Positions 6,733-14,554 of a DNA stretch of 64,000 nt are shown here, in pieces. Both the position numbers and the translations under genes were made by a program. The notes beneath the pieces are model-generated. The model did no database searches, was not told where the DNA came from, and was given only the letters and a program-made list of their open reading frames with translations. This DNA is from Betaproteobacteria bacterium. Its GTDB lineage: Bacteria > Pseudomonadota > Gammaproteobacteria > Burkholderiales > Usitatibacteraceae. The DNA lies in assembly GCA_016711875.1 (NCBI GenBank), contig JADJSD010000006.1, positions 99,470 to 163,469 of the forward strand. Reading direction: 5' to 3'. How positions within the stretch are numbered: position 1 is the stretch's first letter; each line of letters begins with the position of its first letter.

Positions 6733-9519
6733 ATGATTTCGACCCGCTTCTTCCGCACGCCCCTTCACGAGCACGCCGATCCCGCCCAGCGCATCCTGGG
6801 GGTCGCCGAGCTCGCATCCGATTCCGACGACCTCGCGAAGCTCCTCACGCAGGATGCCGACGCCGGCGTTCGCGCCGCGGCCGCCCGGCGGTCCACGCAC
6901 TTCGCGGCGCTCGTCGCGGGATGGAACGCCGAGAAGGACCCCGTCGTGCGCGAGGCGCTCGAAGCTTCCCTCGCCCCTCAGGTCGCCGATTCGGCGGACG
7001 GCGCCGCGGCGAAGTCTGTCCTCGAGGCCGAGCACACGACCGACGGTCTTCGCGCCGAGGTGGCCCGACGCACCCGCGATGCCGACCGTCGCGCGCTCGC
7101 GCTCGCCGGTATCCACGACGAGGAGCGGCTCGTCGACCTCGCCGTGAGCGCCGGGCAGGCCGAGACTCGCCAGGCCGCCGCCGAGCGCGTCGTCACCAAG
7201 GAGGCCCTCGAGAAGCTGGCGCAGGCCGCGAACAACAAGGACCGTGGTGTCGCGAAACTGGCGCAGCGGCGCCTGGAGGCGATGAAGGACCGCGCGGCCC
7301 AGGAAACGGCGGCCGACGACATCCTCGTGAAGCTCGAGGCCCTCGCGACGACGCCCGGCCCGGTGCTCACCGCCGTGGTGGAGCTCAACCGTCGCTGGCA
7401 GGCGCTCGACATGGCGGCCGACGCCTCGCGCCTCGCCCGCATCGACGGCGCCCGCGCCGCGCTGCACGCCCGCTTCGAACGCGAGCAGGCCGAGCAGCTC
7501 GCCAAGGCGAGGCTGGAGCGCGAGGTGCGCGACTGGTCCGCCACGCTGACGCCGCCGGCGAGCGCGCAGGACCTGGAAGCCCGCCATGCGGAGCTGGCCG
7601 GCCTCAAGGCCAAGGCCAACGAAGCGAACGACGCCCCGGCGCTCGAGATGCTCGCCATGGCCGAGGCCCGGCTGGTGCAGTGGGCGATCGAGCGCGAGGC
7701 CGTCGCGGGCGCCGAGGCGCTCGTGATCGAGGCCGAGCGGCTCGCGGCCGATACGTCGATCGACGACGCGAACCTGCCCACGCGCTGGCAGGCGCTCGAC
7801 CGCGCCATCCGCACGGCGGAGCTCACGCGCCGCTTCGAGGCGGCCCTCATCGTGGTGGAGCAGCGCCGCCTCGCCCAGGTGGCCGTGGCCGAGCAGGAAG
7901 CGAGCGCGGCCCGCCAGAAGGTCCACGGGCTCCTGCACGCGGCGGAGGAGGCTCTCGCCGCCGGCCAGATGCAGGCGGCGCGCCTGGCGGCGGATGCCAT
8001 CAAGGCCCTGAAGCCGGACGCGGGGAACCTGCCCAAGCCGACCCACCAGCGCATCAGCCGCGTGGTGCAGCAGCTCGTGGAGCTCGAGCGATGGGAAGCC
8101 TTCGGCCAGCACGACGCGCGCATCCGCCTCATCGAGCGCGCCGAGGCGCTCACCGCGCCGGGCACCGATCCCGCGAAGGTCGCGCTGGAAGTGAAGAAGG
8201 TGCGGGAAGAATGGAAGGCGCTCGATGCGCAGCACGCGGGCGTGCCCAGGAGCCTGTGGGAACGCTTCGACGGCGCCTGCGAGAAGGCCTACGCGCCTGC
8301 CGCCCGCCATTTCGCCGAGCAGGCGGCGCTTCGCAAGGCCGCGCGCAAGACGCGCGACGACTTCATCGAGAAGGCCGCGCAGGAGGGCGCCGCGCTCATG
8401 GGCGTGGAACCGCGCGACCTGCGCCTCATGGAGCAGTGGGTGCGCGACACCGAGAAGAACTGGCGCGAAGGGGGGCTGGGCAGCGTCGATCCCGGCGCGT
8501 GGAAGAAGCTGGACGCGAAATTCCGCGAGACCGTGGGCATCGTGCGCCAGGCGCTCGTCACGGCGCGCGGCGAGGGCAAGTCCGGCCGCGAGGCGCTCAT
8601 CGCCGAAGTGACGGCGCTCGCCGCCACTGCCGCAACCGACCGCGACGCCCCCGGCAAGGTGAAGGCCATCCAGCAGCGCTGGCAGGCCGAGGCCAAGGCT
8701 CACCCCGTGGGGCACCGCGACGAGCGGCTCCTGTGGGAGCAGTTCCGCGCCGCCTGCGACAACGTCTTCGAGGCGAGGAACGCCAAGCGCAAGGAAGTCG
8801 ACGACCGGAAGAGCGAGGGCCGCAAGGCGCTCGAGGAGATCGCGCAGCGGATGGACCAGCTCGCGCGACTCACCGAAAAGTCGGAGAACGACCTGCGCAA
8901 GGAGATGCGCGAGATCGACGATGCCTGGCGCAACGCGTTCGGACGCCCGGATCCCGCGCTGAAGGGCGTGGAGTCGCGCTTCCGCAACGCGCGCTCGGCC
9001 GTCGAGGCGCTCCTCAAGGAAAAGGTTCGCGTCCGCGAGAGCGCCATCTGGCAGGCGCTCGCCGCGCGAGAGCGGCTGTGCGACGAACTCGACGCGCTGG
9101 CGGCCGGCGGTGGCGTCGCCGAGGAATCGGTGGTGCTCGAGCAATGGGCGGGCTTCGCCGAGGTGCCGGCGCCGTGGGAAAAGCGCATGGCGTCCCGTCG
9201 CGATGCGGCGCTCAAGGCCCTCGCCGAGGGCGATGCCGACCGGCACCGTGGCGCGGTGGAGAAGGCCACGGCCGCGCGTGCCCTGGGGCTCCTCGAACTG
9301 GAGATGGCCCTGGGCCTCGAGTCGCCGCCGGAGTTCCAGCAGCAACGGCTCGCGCTGCAGGTGGCCAAGCTGCGCGAGCGGTTCAAGAGCGCCGGGTCCG
9401 CCGCCGCCGACGAGCCGCCGGAGCGGCTGCTCGCGTGGTGCGCGGCTCCGGGCATCGCCGAGCGGCGCGACCGGGAGCGCTTCGAACGCATCCTGGCCCG
9501 CATGGGTCCCGCTCACTAG
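6733..9519 (+). CDS. DUF349-repeat protein (large, helical, Ala/Glu/Arg-rich)
   Basis: 928 aa. Units of the DUF349 type recur, with W...(F)...R/K...E...W at a similar period (e.g. RWEAFGQHDARIRLIERAEAL...VKKVREEWKALD; LWEQFRAACDNVFEARNAKRKE...IDDAWRNAF). Confidence 0.8.
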   Translation: MISTRFFRTPLHEHADPAQRILGVAELASDSDDLAKLLTQDADAGVRAAAARRSTHFAALVAGWNAEKDPVVREALEASLAPQVADSADGAAAKSVLEAEHTTDGLRAEVARRTRDADRRALALAGIHDEERLVDLAVSAGQAETRQAAAERVVTKEALEKLAQAANNKDRGVAKLAQRRLEAMKDRAAQETAADDILVKLEALATTPGPVLTAVVELNRRWQALDMAADASRLARIDGARAALHARFEREQAEQLAKARLEREVRDWSATLTPPASAQDLEARHAELAGLKAKANEANDAPALEMLAMAEARLVQWAIEREAVAGAEALVIEAERLAADTSIDDANLPTRWQALDRAIRTAELTRRFEAALIVVEQRRLAQVAVAEQEASAARQKVHGLLHAAEEALAAGQMQAARLAADAIKALKPDAGNLPKPTHQRISRVVQQLVELERWEAFGQHDARIRLIERAEALTAPGTDPAKVALEVKKVREEWKALDAQHAGVPRSLWERFDGACEKAYAPAARHFAEQAALRKAARKTRDDFIEKAAQEGAALMGVEPRDLRLMEQWVRDTEKNWREGGLGSVDPGAWKKLDAKFRETVGIVRQALVTARGEGKSGREALIAEVTALAATAATDRDAPGKVKAIQQRWQAEAKAHPVGHRDERLLWEQFRAACDNVFEARNAKRKEVDDRKSEGRKALEEIAQRMDQLARLTEKSENDLRKEMREIDDAWRNAFGRPDPALKGVESRFRNARSAVEALLKEKVRVRESAIWQALAARERLCDELDALAAGGGVAEESVVLEQWAGFAEVPAPWEKRMASRRDAALKALAEGDADRHRGAVEKATAARALGLLELEMALGLESPPEFQQQRLALQVAKLRERFKSAGSAAADEPPERLLAWCAAPGIAERRDRERFERILARMGPAH

Positions 9520-9557
9520 GGCGAATCGTGCGCAAGCCCCCAGGCCAATGGTCCTTC

Positions 9558-10925
9558 ATGGACGCCTGGTGGCGATGGGGCAACGTCGTGGCCGACGCCA
9601 TCCTCGCGGGCAATGGTGGCCCCTCGGTCATCGAGCGCCTGCAGAAGGACCGCCTGCGCCGTCTCGTCCAGTGGGCCCGCCGCGCTTCTCCTCTCTACGC
9701 GGAGCTCTACGCGGACGTGCCGGAGCACCGGCCTCTTCGCCTCGCCGACCTGCCCCCGGTGACCCGCGCCGCGCTCATGGCGCGCTTCGACGACTGGGTG
9801 ACCGACCGCGAGGTCACGCTCGATCGCGTGAACGCCTTCGTCGCCGACCCGCGGCACGTCGGCCACCCCTTCCGCGACAAGTACGCGGTGTTCACGAGTT
9901 CCGGCACGACCGGCATTCCGGGCCTCTTCGTGCAGGACCCGGACGCACTCGCCGTCTACGACGCCCTCGGCACCGCCCGCATGGGCGCGCTCGCCCCGCT
10001 GTGGGACTGGCGCACTTCCATGGGCGGGCACCGCTTCGCGCTCATCGCCGCCACCGGCGGGCACTTCGCCGGCGTGGTGACGTGGGAACGGCTCCGCTCC
10101 CTGCACCCGGGGTTCGCCAAGAACGGGATCGTGATCCCGGTCACCGCGCCGCTGGACGAGATCGTGCGGCAGCTGGAAGCCTTCCGGCCGACGGTGCTCG
10201 CGTCCTACGCGACGGTGCTGCGCGCGCTCGCCGAGCGCAAGCACGCCGGGGAGTTGCTCTGTTCCCCGCGCACGATCTGGACCGGCGGCGAATGGATGTC
10301 GCCGCAATGCCGGCGTTACGTCGAACGGGCCTTCGGCGCGCGGGTCGCGGGCGACTACGGCGCCTCGGAATTCATGAACATCGCCTTCGAGTGCGAGAAG
10401 GGCGAACTGCACGTGAATTCCGACTGGGTGATCCTCGAGCCCGTGGACGAGCGCGGCGCCGCGGTGCCCGTGGGCGAGCCCTCGGCGACGGTGCTGCTCA
10501 CCAATCTGGCCAACCGCGTGCAGCCCTTCATCCGCTACGACCTGGGCGACAGCGTGACCGCAATCCCCGGTGCGTGCGGCTGCGGGCGGCCCTTCCCGCG
10601 CATCCGCATCGACGGGCGCCGCGACGAGATCCTGCGGTTGCTCGATGCGGATGGCGAGCGCATCCCGGTCTTGCCGCTCGCGCTCAGCACCGCCATCGAG
10701 GAGGGCGCCGGTGTGCACCGCTTCCAGGTGGAGCAGGTGGGGCTTCGCAGGCTGCACCTGCGGGTCGAAGGCGCCAGCGCCGCCGTGCTCGCGAAGGCGA
10801 GGAAGGCGCTCGCGGACTGGCTGGCGGGCCAGGGGCTGCCGGGCATCGCGATCACCGCGCAGGCCGCGCGACTCGCCGCCCACCCGGTGAGCGGAAAGTT
10901 CCGGCAGGTCTACCGGAAGAGCTAG
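9558..10925 (+). CDS. Phenylacetate-CoA ligase-like (PaaK / coenzyme F390 synthetase family) adenylate-forming enzyme
   Basis: Tail of ORF 6921..10925. Start is ATG 9558 (an in-frame GTG 9528 is also possible). Contains the AMP-binding P-loop FTSSGTTGIPG, GGEWMSP, and YDLGD near the C-terminal domain. Confidence 0.8.
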   Translation: MDAWWRWGNVVADAILAGNGGPSVIERLQKDRLRRLVQWARRASPLYAELYADVPEHRPLRLADLPPVTRAALMARFDDWVTDREVTLDRVNAFVADPRHVGHPFRDKYAVFTSSGTTGIPGLFVQDPDALAVYDALGTARMGALAPLWDWRTSMGGHRFALIAATGGHFAGVVTWERLRSLHPGFAKNGIVIPVTAPLDEIVRQLEAFRPTVLASYATVLRALAERKHAGELLCSPRTIWTGGEWMSPQCRRYVERAFGARVAGDYGASEFMNIAFECEKGELHVNSDWVILEPVDERGAAVPVGEPSATVLLTNLANRVQPFIRYDLGDSVTAIPGACGCGRPFPRIRIDGRRDEILRLLDADGERIPVLPLALSTAIEEGAGVHRFQVEQVGLRRLHLRVEGASAAVLAKARKALADWLAGQGLPGIAITAQAARLAAHPVSGKFRQVYRKS

Positions 10926-10938
10926 GTCGCCCGGCGGC

Positions 10939-11436
10939 CTAGCGCGACCAGATCGCCTGCACGAGGTTGTCGTCCGCCTCGTAGCGCACGCGCAGCCGTC
11001 CCTCGAAGTTGTCCTGCACCGCATGCGCCAGCGTGCGGGCGAGGTGCCGGCCGGTCGTGGTGATGGTGAGGCCGGAATGCTGTCCCGAATCGATCCCGAT
11101 CACCCGCTCCAGCGGGCGCTCGCGATTGGTCTGCGCCTCGTGGTCGGCCACCAGCTTGCACAGTTCCGCCTTGTGCGAGTCGACCCACGGCCCGCGCAGC
11201 GTCACGTGCCCGGCGGGAAACTGGTCTCGGACGCGAAGGCAGGCCGCGCAGAGGGTGCGCACGGCGTCGCGCGGGGGCGTGCCCCAGGCCCACTGGCCGT
11301 TCTTGAAGACGGCGCCGCAGTCGGTGCAGACCGCCGGGTTCAGGGGGCGTTCCGCCTCGGCGTAGGGATCGCCCAGGGGCATCTCGGCTCGCAACTCGTG
11401 CCGCAACGTCGTCTGGTGCCGGACCTGGCGTTTCAT
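10939..11436 (-). CDS. Conserved zinc-ribbon protein (BCAM0308-like family)
   Basis: 165 aa from ATG (comp.) 11434-11436 (MKRQVRHQ...). Two CxxC pairs (CTDCGAVF...CAACLRV) are followed by FPAGHVTLRG...TITTTGRHLARTLAHAV. The family name is from memory. Confidence 0.65.
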   Translation of the reverse strand: MKRQVRHQTTLRHELRAEMPLGDPYAEAERPLNPAVCTDCGAVFKNGQWAWGTPPRDAVRTLCAACLRVRDQFPAGHVTLRGPWVDSHKAELCKLVADHEAQTNRERPLERVIGIDSGQHSGLTITTTGRHLARTLAHAVQDNFEGRLRVRYEADDNLVQAIWSR

Positions 11437-11565
11437 GGTGCGTCGCTCCGCTCGGGGGTTTCGTCGTCCCCAAGCTAACGCGCGCACCGGGAATGCATTT
11501 GCCGCAGGTCAAAGGCCCGGTTCGCGGGCATCCGGGGGGAGGGCCCCCCGGCGAGACGGCTGGGG

Positions 11566-11994
11566 TTACTTCCCGGCCTTCAGGTTGTCCCGGATCTCGC
11601 GAAGCAGCAGGACGTCTTCCGGGGTGGCGGCCGGCGCGGGCGGCGGGGCCTCGGCCTTGAGCTTGTTCACCTGCTTCACCATGAGGAAGATGATGAAGGC
11701 GAGGATGGCGAAATTGAGCGCCACGGTGATGAAGCTGCCGTAGGCGAACACGGGTACGCCGGCCTTCTTGAGCTCGACCAGGGTCTGCGGGATGCCGGGC
11801 GGGCCATCGGCCAGCTTGATGAAGTGGCTGGTGAAATCGAGCCCCCCGAAGAGCTTGCTCACGATCGGCATGATGAGGTCGCCGACGACGGAATCGACGA
11901 TCTTGCCGAACGCCGCGCCGATGATCACGCCGACCGCGAGGTCCATCACGTTGCCCTTGAGGGCGAATGCCTTGAATTCGGTTGCGAAACCCAT
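11566..11994 (-). CDS. mscL: Large-conductance mechanosensitive channel
   Basis: 142 aa. [43 protein letters not shown]... is the MscL TM1 signature. Confidence 0.95.
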   Translation of the reverse strand: MGFATEFKAFALKGNVMDLAVGVIIGAAFGKIVDSVVGDLIMPIVSKLFGGLDFTSHFIKLADGPPGIPQTLVELKKAGVPVFAYGSFITVALNFAILAFIIFLMVKQVNKLKAEAPPPAPAATPEDVLLLREIRDNLKAGK

Positions 11995-12145
11995 GGGAGT
12001 ATCCCTGTTGTCGTGGACTGGAGGCCGAAGCTTAAGCGATGGCACGGCCTTAGGCGATAGGCGCAAGGGGCGGGGCCCGTCGCCGGGGCCCGACGCTTCC
12101 TTTCGATAGAATCCCGGCTTCCCCCCCGCTTCGGACGCCACTGCC

Positions 12146-13308
12146 TTGGTTCGCCGGCCCGCCCTCGCCTTCATTTTCGCGCTCGTCGTGGTGGACGTGA
12201 TCGCGATGGGCATCGTGATCCCGGTGCTGCCCAAGCTCGTCGAGAGCTTCGAGGGCGGCGACACGGCGCGCGCGGCCGAGGTCTACGGCGTCTTCGGCAC
12301 GGCCTGGGCCCTCATGCAGTTCGTGTTCATGCCCGTGCTGGGTGCCGCCTCGGACCGCTTCGGCCGCCGGCCCGTGATCCTCCTCTCGTGCCTCGGCCTG
12401 GGGCTCGACTACTTCCTGATGGCGCTCGCGCCCAGCCTCGGCTGGCTTTTCGTCGGGCGCGTCATCTCCGGCATCACCGCCGCGAGCTTCGCCACGGCCT
12501 TCGCCTACCTCACGGACGTGACGCCGCCGGAGAAGCGCGCCGCGGCGGCCTGCTGGGCGGCGTGGATCCGCGGCTGCCCTTCTGGGTGGCCGGCGGCCTC
12601 GCCTGTGCCAATGCCGCCTACGGGTTCTTCGTGCTGCCGGAGTCGCTGCCCCGCGAGAAGCGCTCGGCCTTCGCGTGGAAGCGCGCCAATCCGCTCGGGT
12701 CGATGCGGCTGCTCGCCTCGCACCCGGAACTCCTCGGCCTGGCTTCGGCGCTATTCCTCATGCAGCTCTCGCACGTCGTCTTCCCGGCCGTCACGGTGCT
12801 CTACATGGGCTATCGCTACGGCTGGGGCGAGATGGCCGTGGGGCTCGTGCTGGCGGGCGTGGGCATCTGCTCGATGATCGTGCAGGGCGGCCTCGTCCGT
12901 CCCGCCGTGAAGCGCCTGGGCGAGCGGCTTGCCATGGGCCTGGGTCTCGCGTGCGGCGCCGCGGGCATGGCGATCTACGGGCTGGCGGGAACGGGGTGGG
13001 TCTTTCTCGCGGGCATTCCCGTGATGGCGCTCTGGGGGCTCGCGGGCCCCTCGGTGCAGGCGATCATGAGCCGGCACGTGAATGCGTCCGAACAGGGCCA
13101 GCTGCAGGGCGCGTGCTCGAGCCTGCAGGCGATCGCGGGACTCGTCGGGCCCGGCCTCTTCACGCAGGCCTTCGCCTTCGCGATCGCGGGCGGTGCGAAC
13201 GCCCCATCGGGGCTGCCCTTCCTGGCCGCTTCGGCGATGCTCGCGGTGGCCGCGGCGATCGCCTGGCGAGCGACGGCGAACCGCGCGCCTAGCGCAGCGG
13301 CACCATGA
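12146..13308 (+). pseudogene. MFS transporter (TetA/TCR-like), interrupted by an out-of-frame internal deletion near 12540-12552
   Basis: ORF 12146..12877 reads ...LGAASDRFGRRPVILLS...GRVISGITAASFATAFAYLTDVTPPEKRAAA and then nonsense. ORF 12388..13308 in another frame resumes at GGLLGGVDPRLPFWVAGGLACANAAYGFFVLPESLP... About 18 residues of the expected TM5 region (..FG..GAAFG.GF..GP..) are missing between the two parts. Confidence 0.75.
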
Positions 13309-13927
13309 CCTCGTTGCGGCGCAGGAACGGCAGCGTCCACGGCGGGTCGTAGCGCGCGAGCTGCACGGGACCGGCCGCCTCGAGGCCCTCGGTCTTCACC
13401 CAGGCGAGGAGCTCGTCGGTCTTTTCCCTCACCTTGCCCTCGCCGGAGAAGCCCGAGAACTTCACCACGGCCATGCGCTGGGGCGGCAATTCGAGAAGCT
13501 TCACGCGCTCGTCCTTCGGGCGCGGCAGCGTCGCCATCGTGTACTGCGCCGGCATCACGAAGTGCATGCGGTAGCGCCCGCCCGTGCCGTCCCCGGACGG
13601 CTCCATCGTGACCGGTGCCGTCATCGCGATCTTCTCGGCGACGGGCTCGGTCGTCACGGGGGCTGTCATGGCGATCTTCTCGGCTCCGGCGCCCGTCACG
13701 GACACGTTGTTGCCGAAGATGTACCCGGCGATCACGCGGAAACCGTCGTTCGAGGCGCCCCACAGGTCGCCCTCGATCTCGGCCTGCGCGACGATCCTCG
13801 GCGCGTAGCGGCGGACCTCGAAGTCGCCGCTCGATTTCACGGTGTCGAAGGCGGGTTCCTCGATGCGGGCCATGGCGGTGGGGGCGGCGAGCGCGGCGAT
13901 GAGGGCGAGCGTGGCGGGGCGTTTCAT
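13289..13927 (-). CDS. SOUL heme-binding-family protein (secreted)
   Basis: 212 aa from ATG (comp.) 13925-13927 with signal peptide MKRPATLALIAALAAPTAMA. Contains the duplicated EKIAMTAPVT motif and PPWTLPFLRRNEV, typical of SOUL/HBP proteins. Confidence 0.85.
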   Translation of the reverse strand: MKRPATLALIAALAAPTAMARIEEPAFDTVKSSGDFEVRRYAPRIVAQAEIEGDLWGASNDGFRVIAGYIFGNNVSVTGAGAEKIAMTAPVTTEPVAEKIAMTAPVTMEPSGDGTGGRYRMHFVMPAQYTMATLPRPKDERVKLLELPPQRMAVVKFSGFSGEGKVREKTDELLAWVKTEGLEAAGPVQLARYDPPWTLPFLRRNEVMVPLR

Positions 13928-14015
13928 GGGCGCGATGCTCGGACGAAGGGCCAGTATGGACCGGCCGCGGGCCTGCGAGTTCGGCCCCGTTCCGCCGATG
14001 CTAGACTTTCGTCCC

Positions 14016-14438
14016 ATGAAACGGGTCGCGTTTTCCTCGCCCATCCACGACGCGCTGACCGTGGGTCGAAGCCGCATCGTGGGCCGCGGGCTCTTCGCGG
14101 GCGGCCCGATCGCGCGGCGCGCCAAGATCGGCGAATTCGAAGGCGAGGTCATCACCATCCGCGAGGCCCGTCACCGTGCCCGCGCGCGCAAGGTGATCGC
14201 GATCGTGGAGCTGGTGACGAAGGCCATCGACGCGCGGGGCATGCGCACGGGCTTCCGGTACATCAACCATTCCTGCGAGCCCAACACCTTCATGCGCCGA
14301 ACCGACGAGCGCGCGGAGTTCTACGCGCTTCGGGACATCCGGGCCGGCGAGGAGCTCACGCTCGACTACGGCGACAATCACCACGAAGGTCGCCTCGCCT
14401 GCCGCTGCGGCGCGGCGCGCTGCCGGGGAAAGCTCTAG
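14016..14438 (+). CDS. SET-domain protein (putative lysine methyltransferase)
   Basis: 140 aa from ATG 14016. GRGLFA...FRYINHSCEPN...ELTLDYG...CRCGAARCRG contains the SET NHSC and ELxxDY motifs plus a post-SET Cys cluster. Confidence 0.8.
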   Translation: MKRVAFSSPIHDALTVGRSRIVGRGLFAGGPIARRAKIGEFEGEVITIREARHRARARKVIAIVELVTKAIDARGMRTGFRYINHSCEPNTFMRRTDERAEFYALRDIRAGEELTLDYGDNHHEGRLACRCGAARCRGKL

Positions 14439-14554
14439 GCCGGAGGGACACGATTCGTTACGCCTGCCGCCGCGAAGGGCGGGTACACTTCGCGCCTGCC
14501 GGACCGGTCCGGCCCGGGACGAACCGCCCCCCGCGGTATACCGACAACGACACC

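Noticed and set aside
6616-9516. 966-aa ORF on the minus strand, antisense to the DUF349 gene
   Set aside because: Its composition is Arg/Gly/Leu/Ala-dominated and it has no family motif. It is the mirror frame of a coherent plus-strand gene. Long antisense ORFs are expected at this GC content because stop codons are rare.
11532-11551. CCGGGGGG-AGGG-CCCCCCGG hairpin between mscL and the BCAM0308-like gene as an intrinsic terminator
   Set aside because: No T-tract follows it on either strand. It may still form a structure, but I cannot support a terminator call.
13590-13690. Imperfect ~45-bp tandem duplication inside the SOUL gene (EKIAMTAPVTTEPV / EKIAMTAPVTMEPS)
   Set aside because: A doubled IAMTAPV motif is, as far as I recall, a normal feature of SOUL/HBP-family proteins. 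The frame is intact.
13082-14554. 5' extension of the TonB-receptor ORF (ORF 13082..16822 starts 1.5 kb upstream of the chosen ATG)
   Set aside because: The extension runs antisense through the SOUL gene and across the SET gene, and it translates to Arg/Pro-rich sequence. A proper signal peptide begins at ATG 14555.
14439-14554. Possible riboswitch (e.g. cobalamin) or Fur box in the leader of the TonB-dependent receptor
   Set aside because: I could find neither a B12-box-like core nor a GATAATGATAATCATTATC-like Fur site. There is only a short CCGGACCGGTCCGG palindrome, which is not diagnostic.
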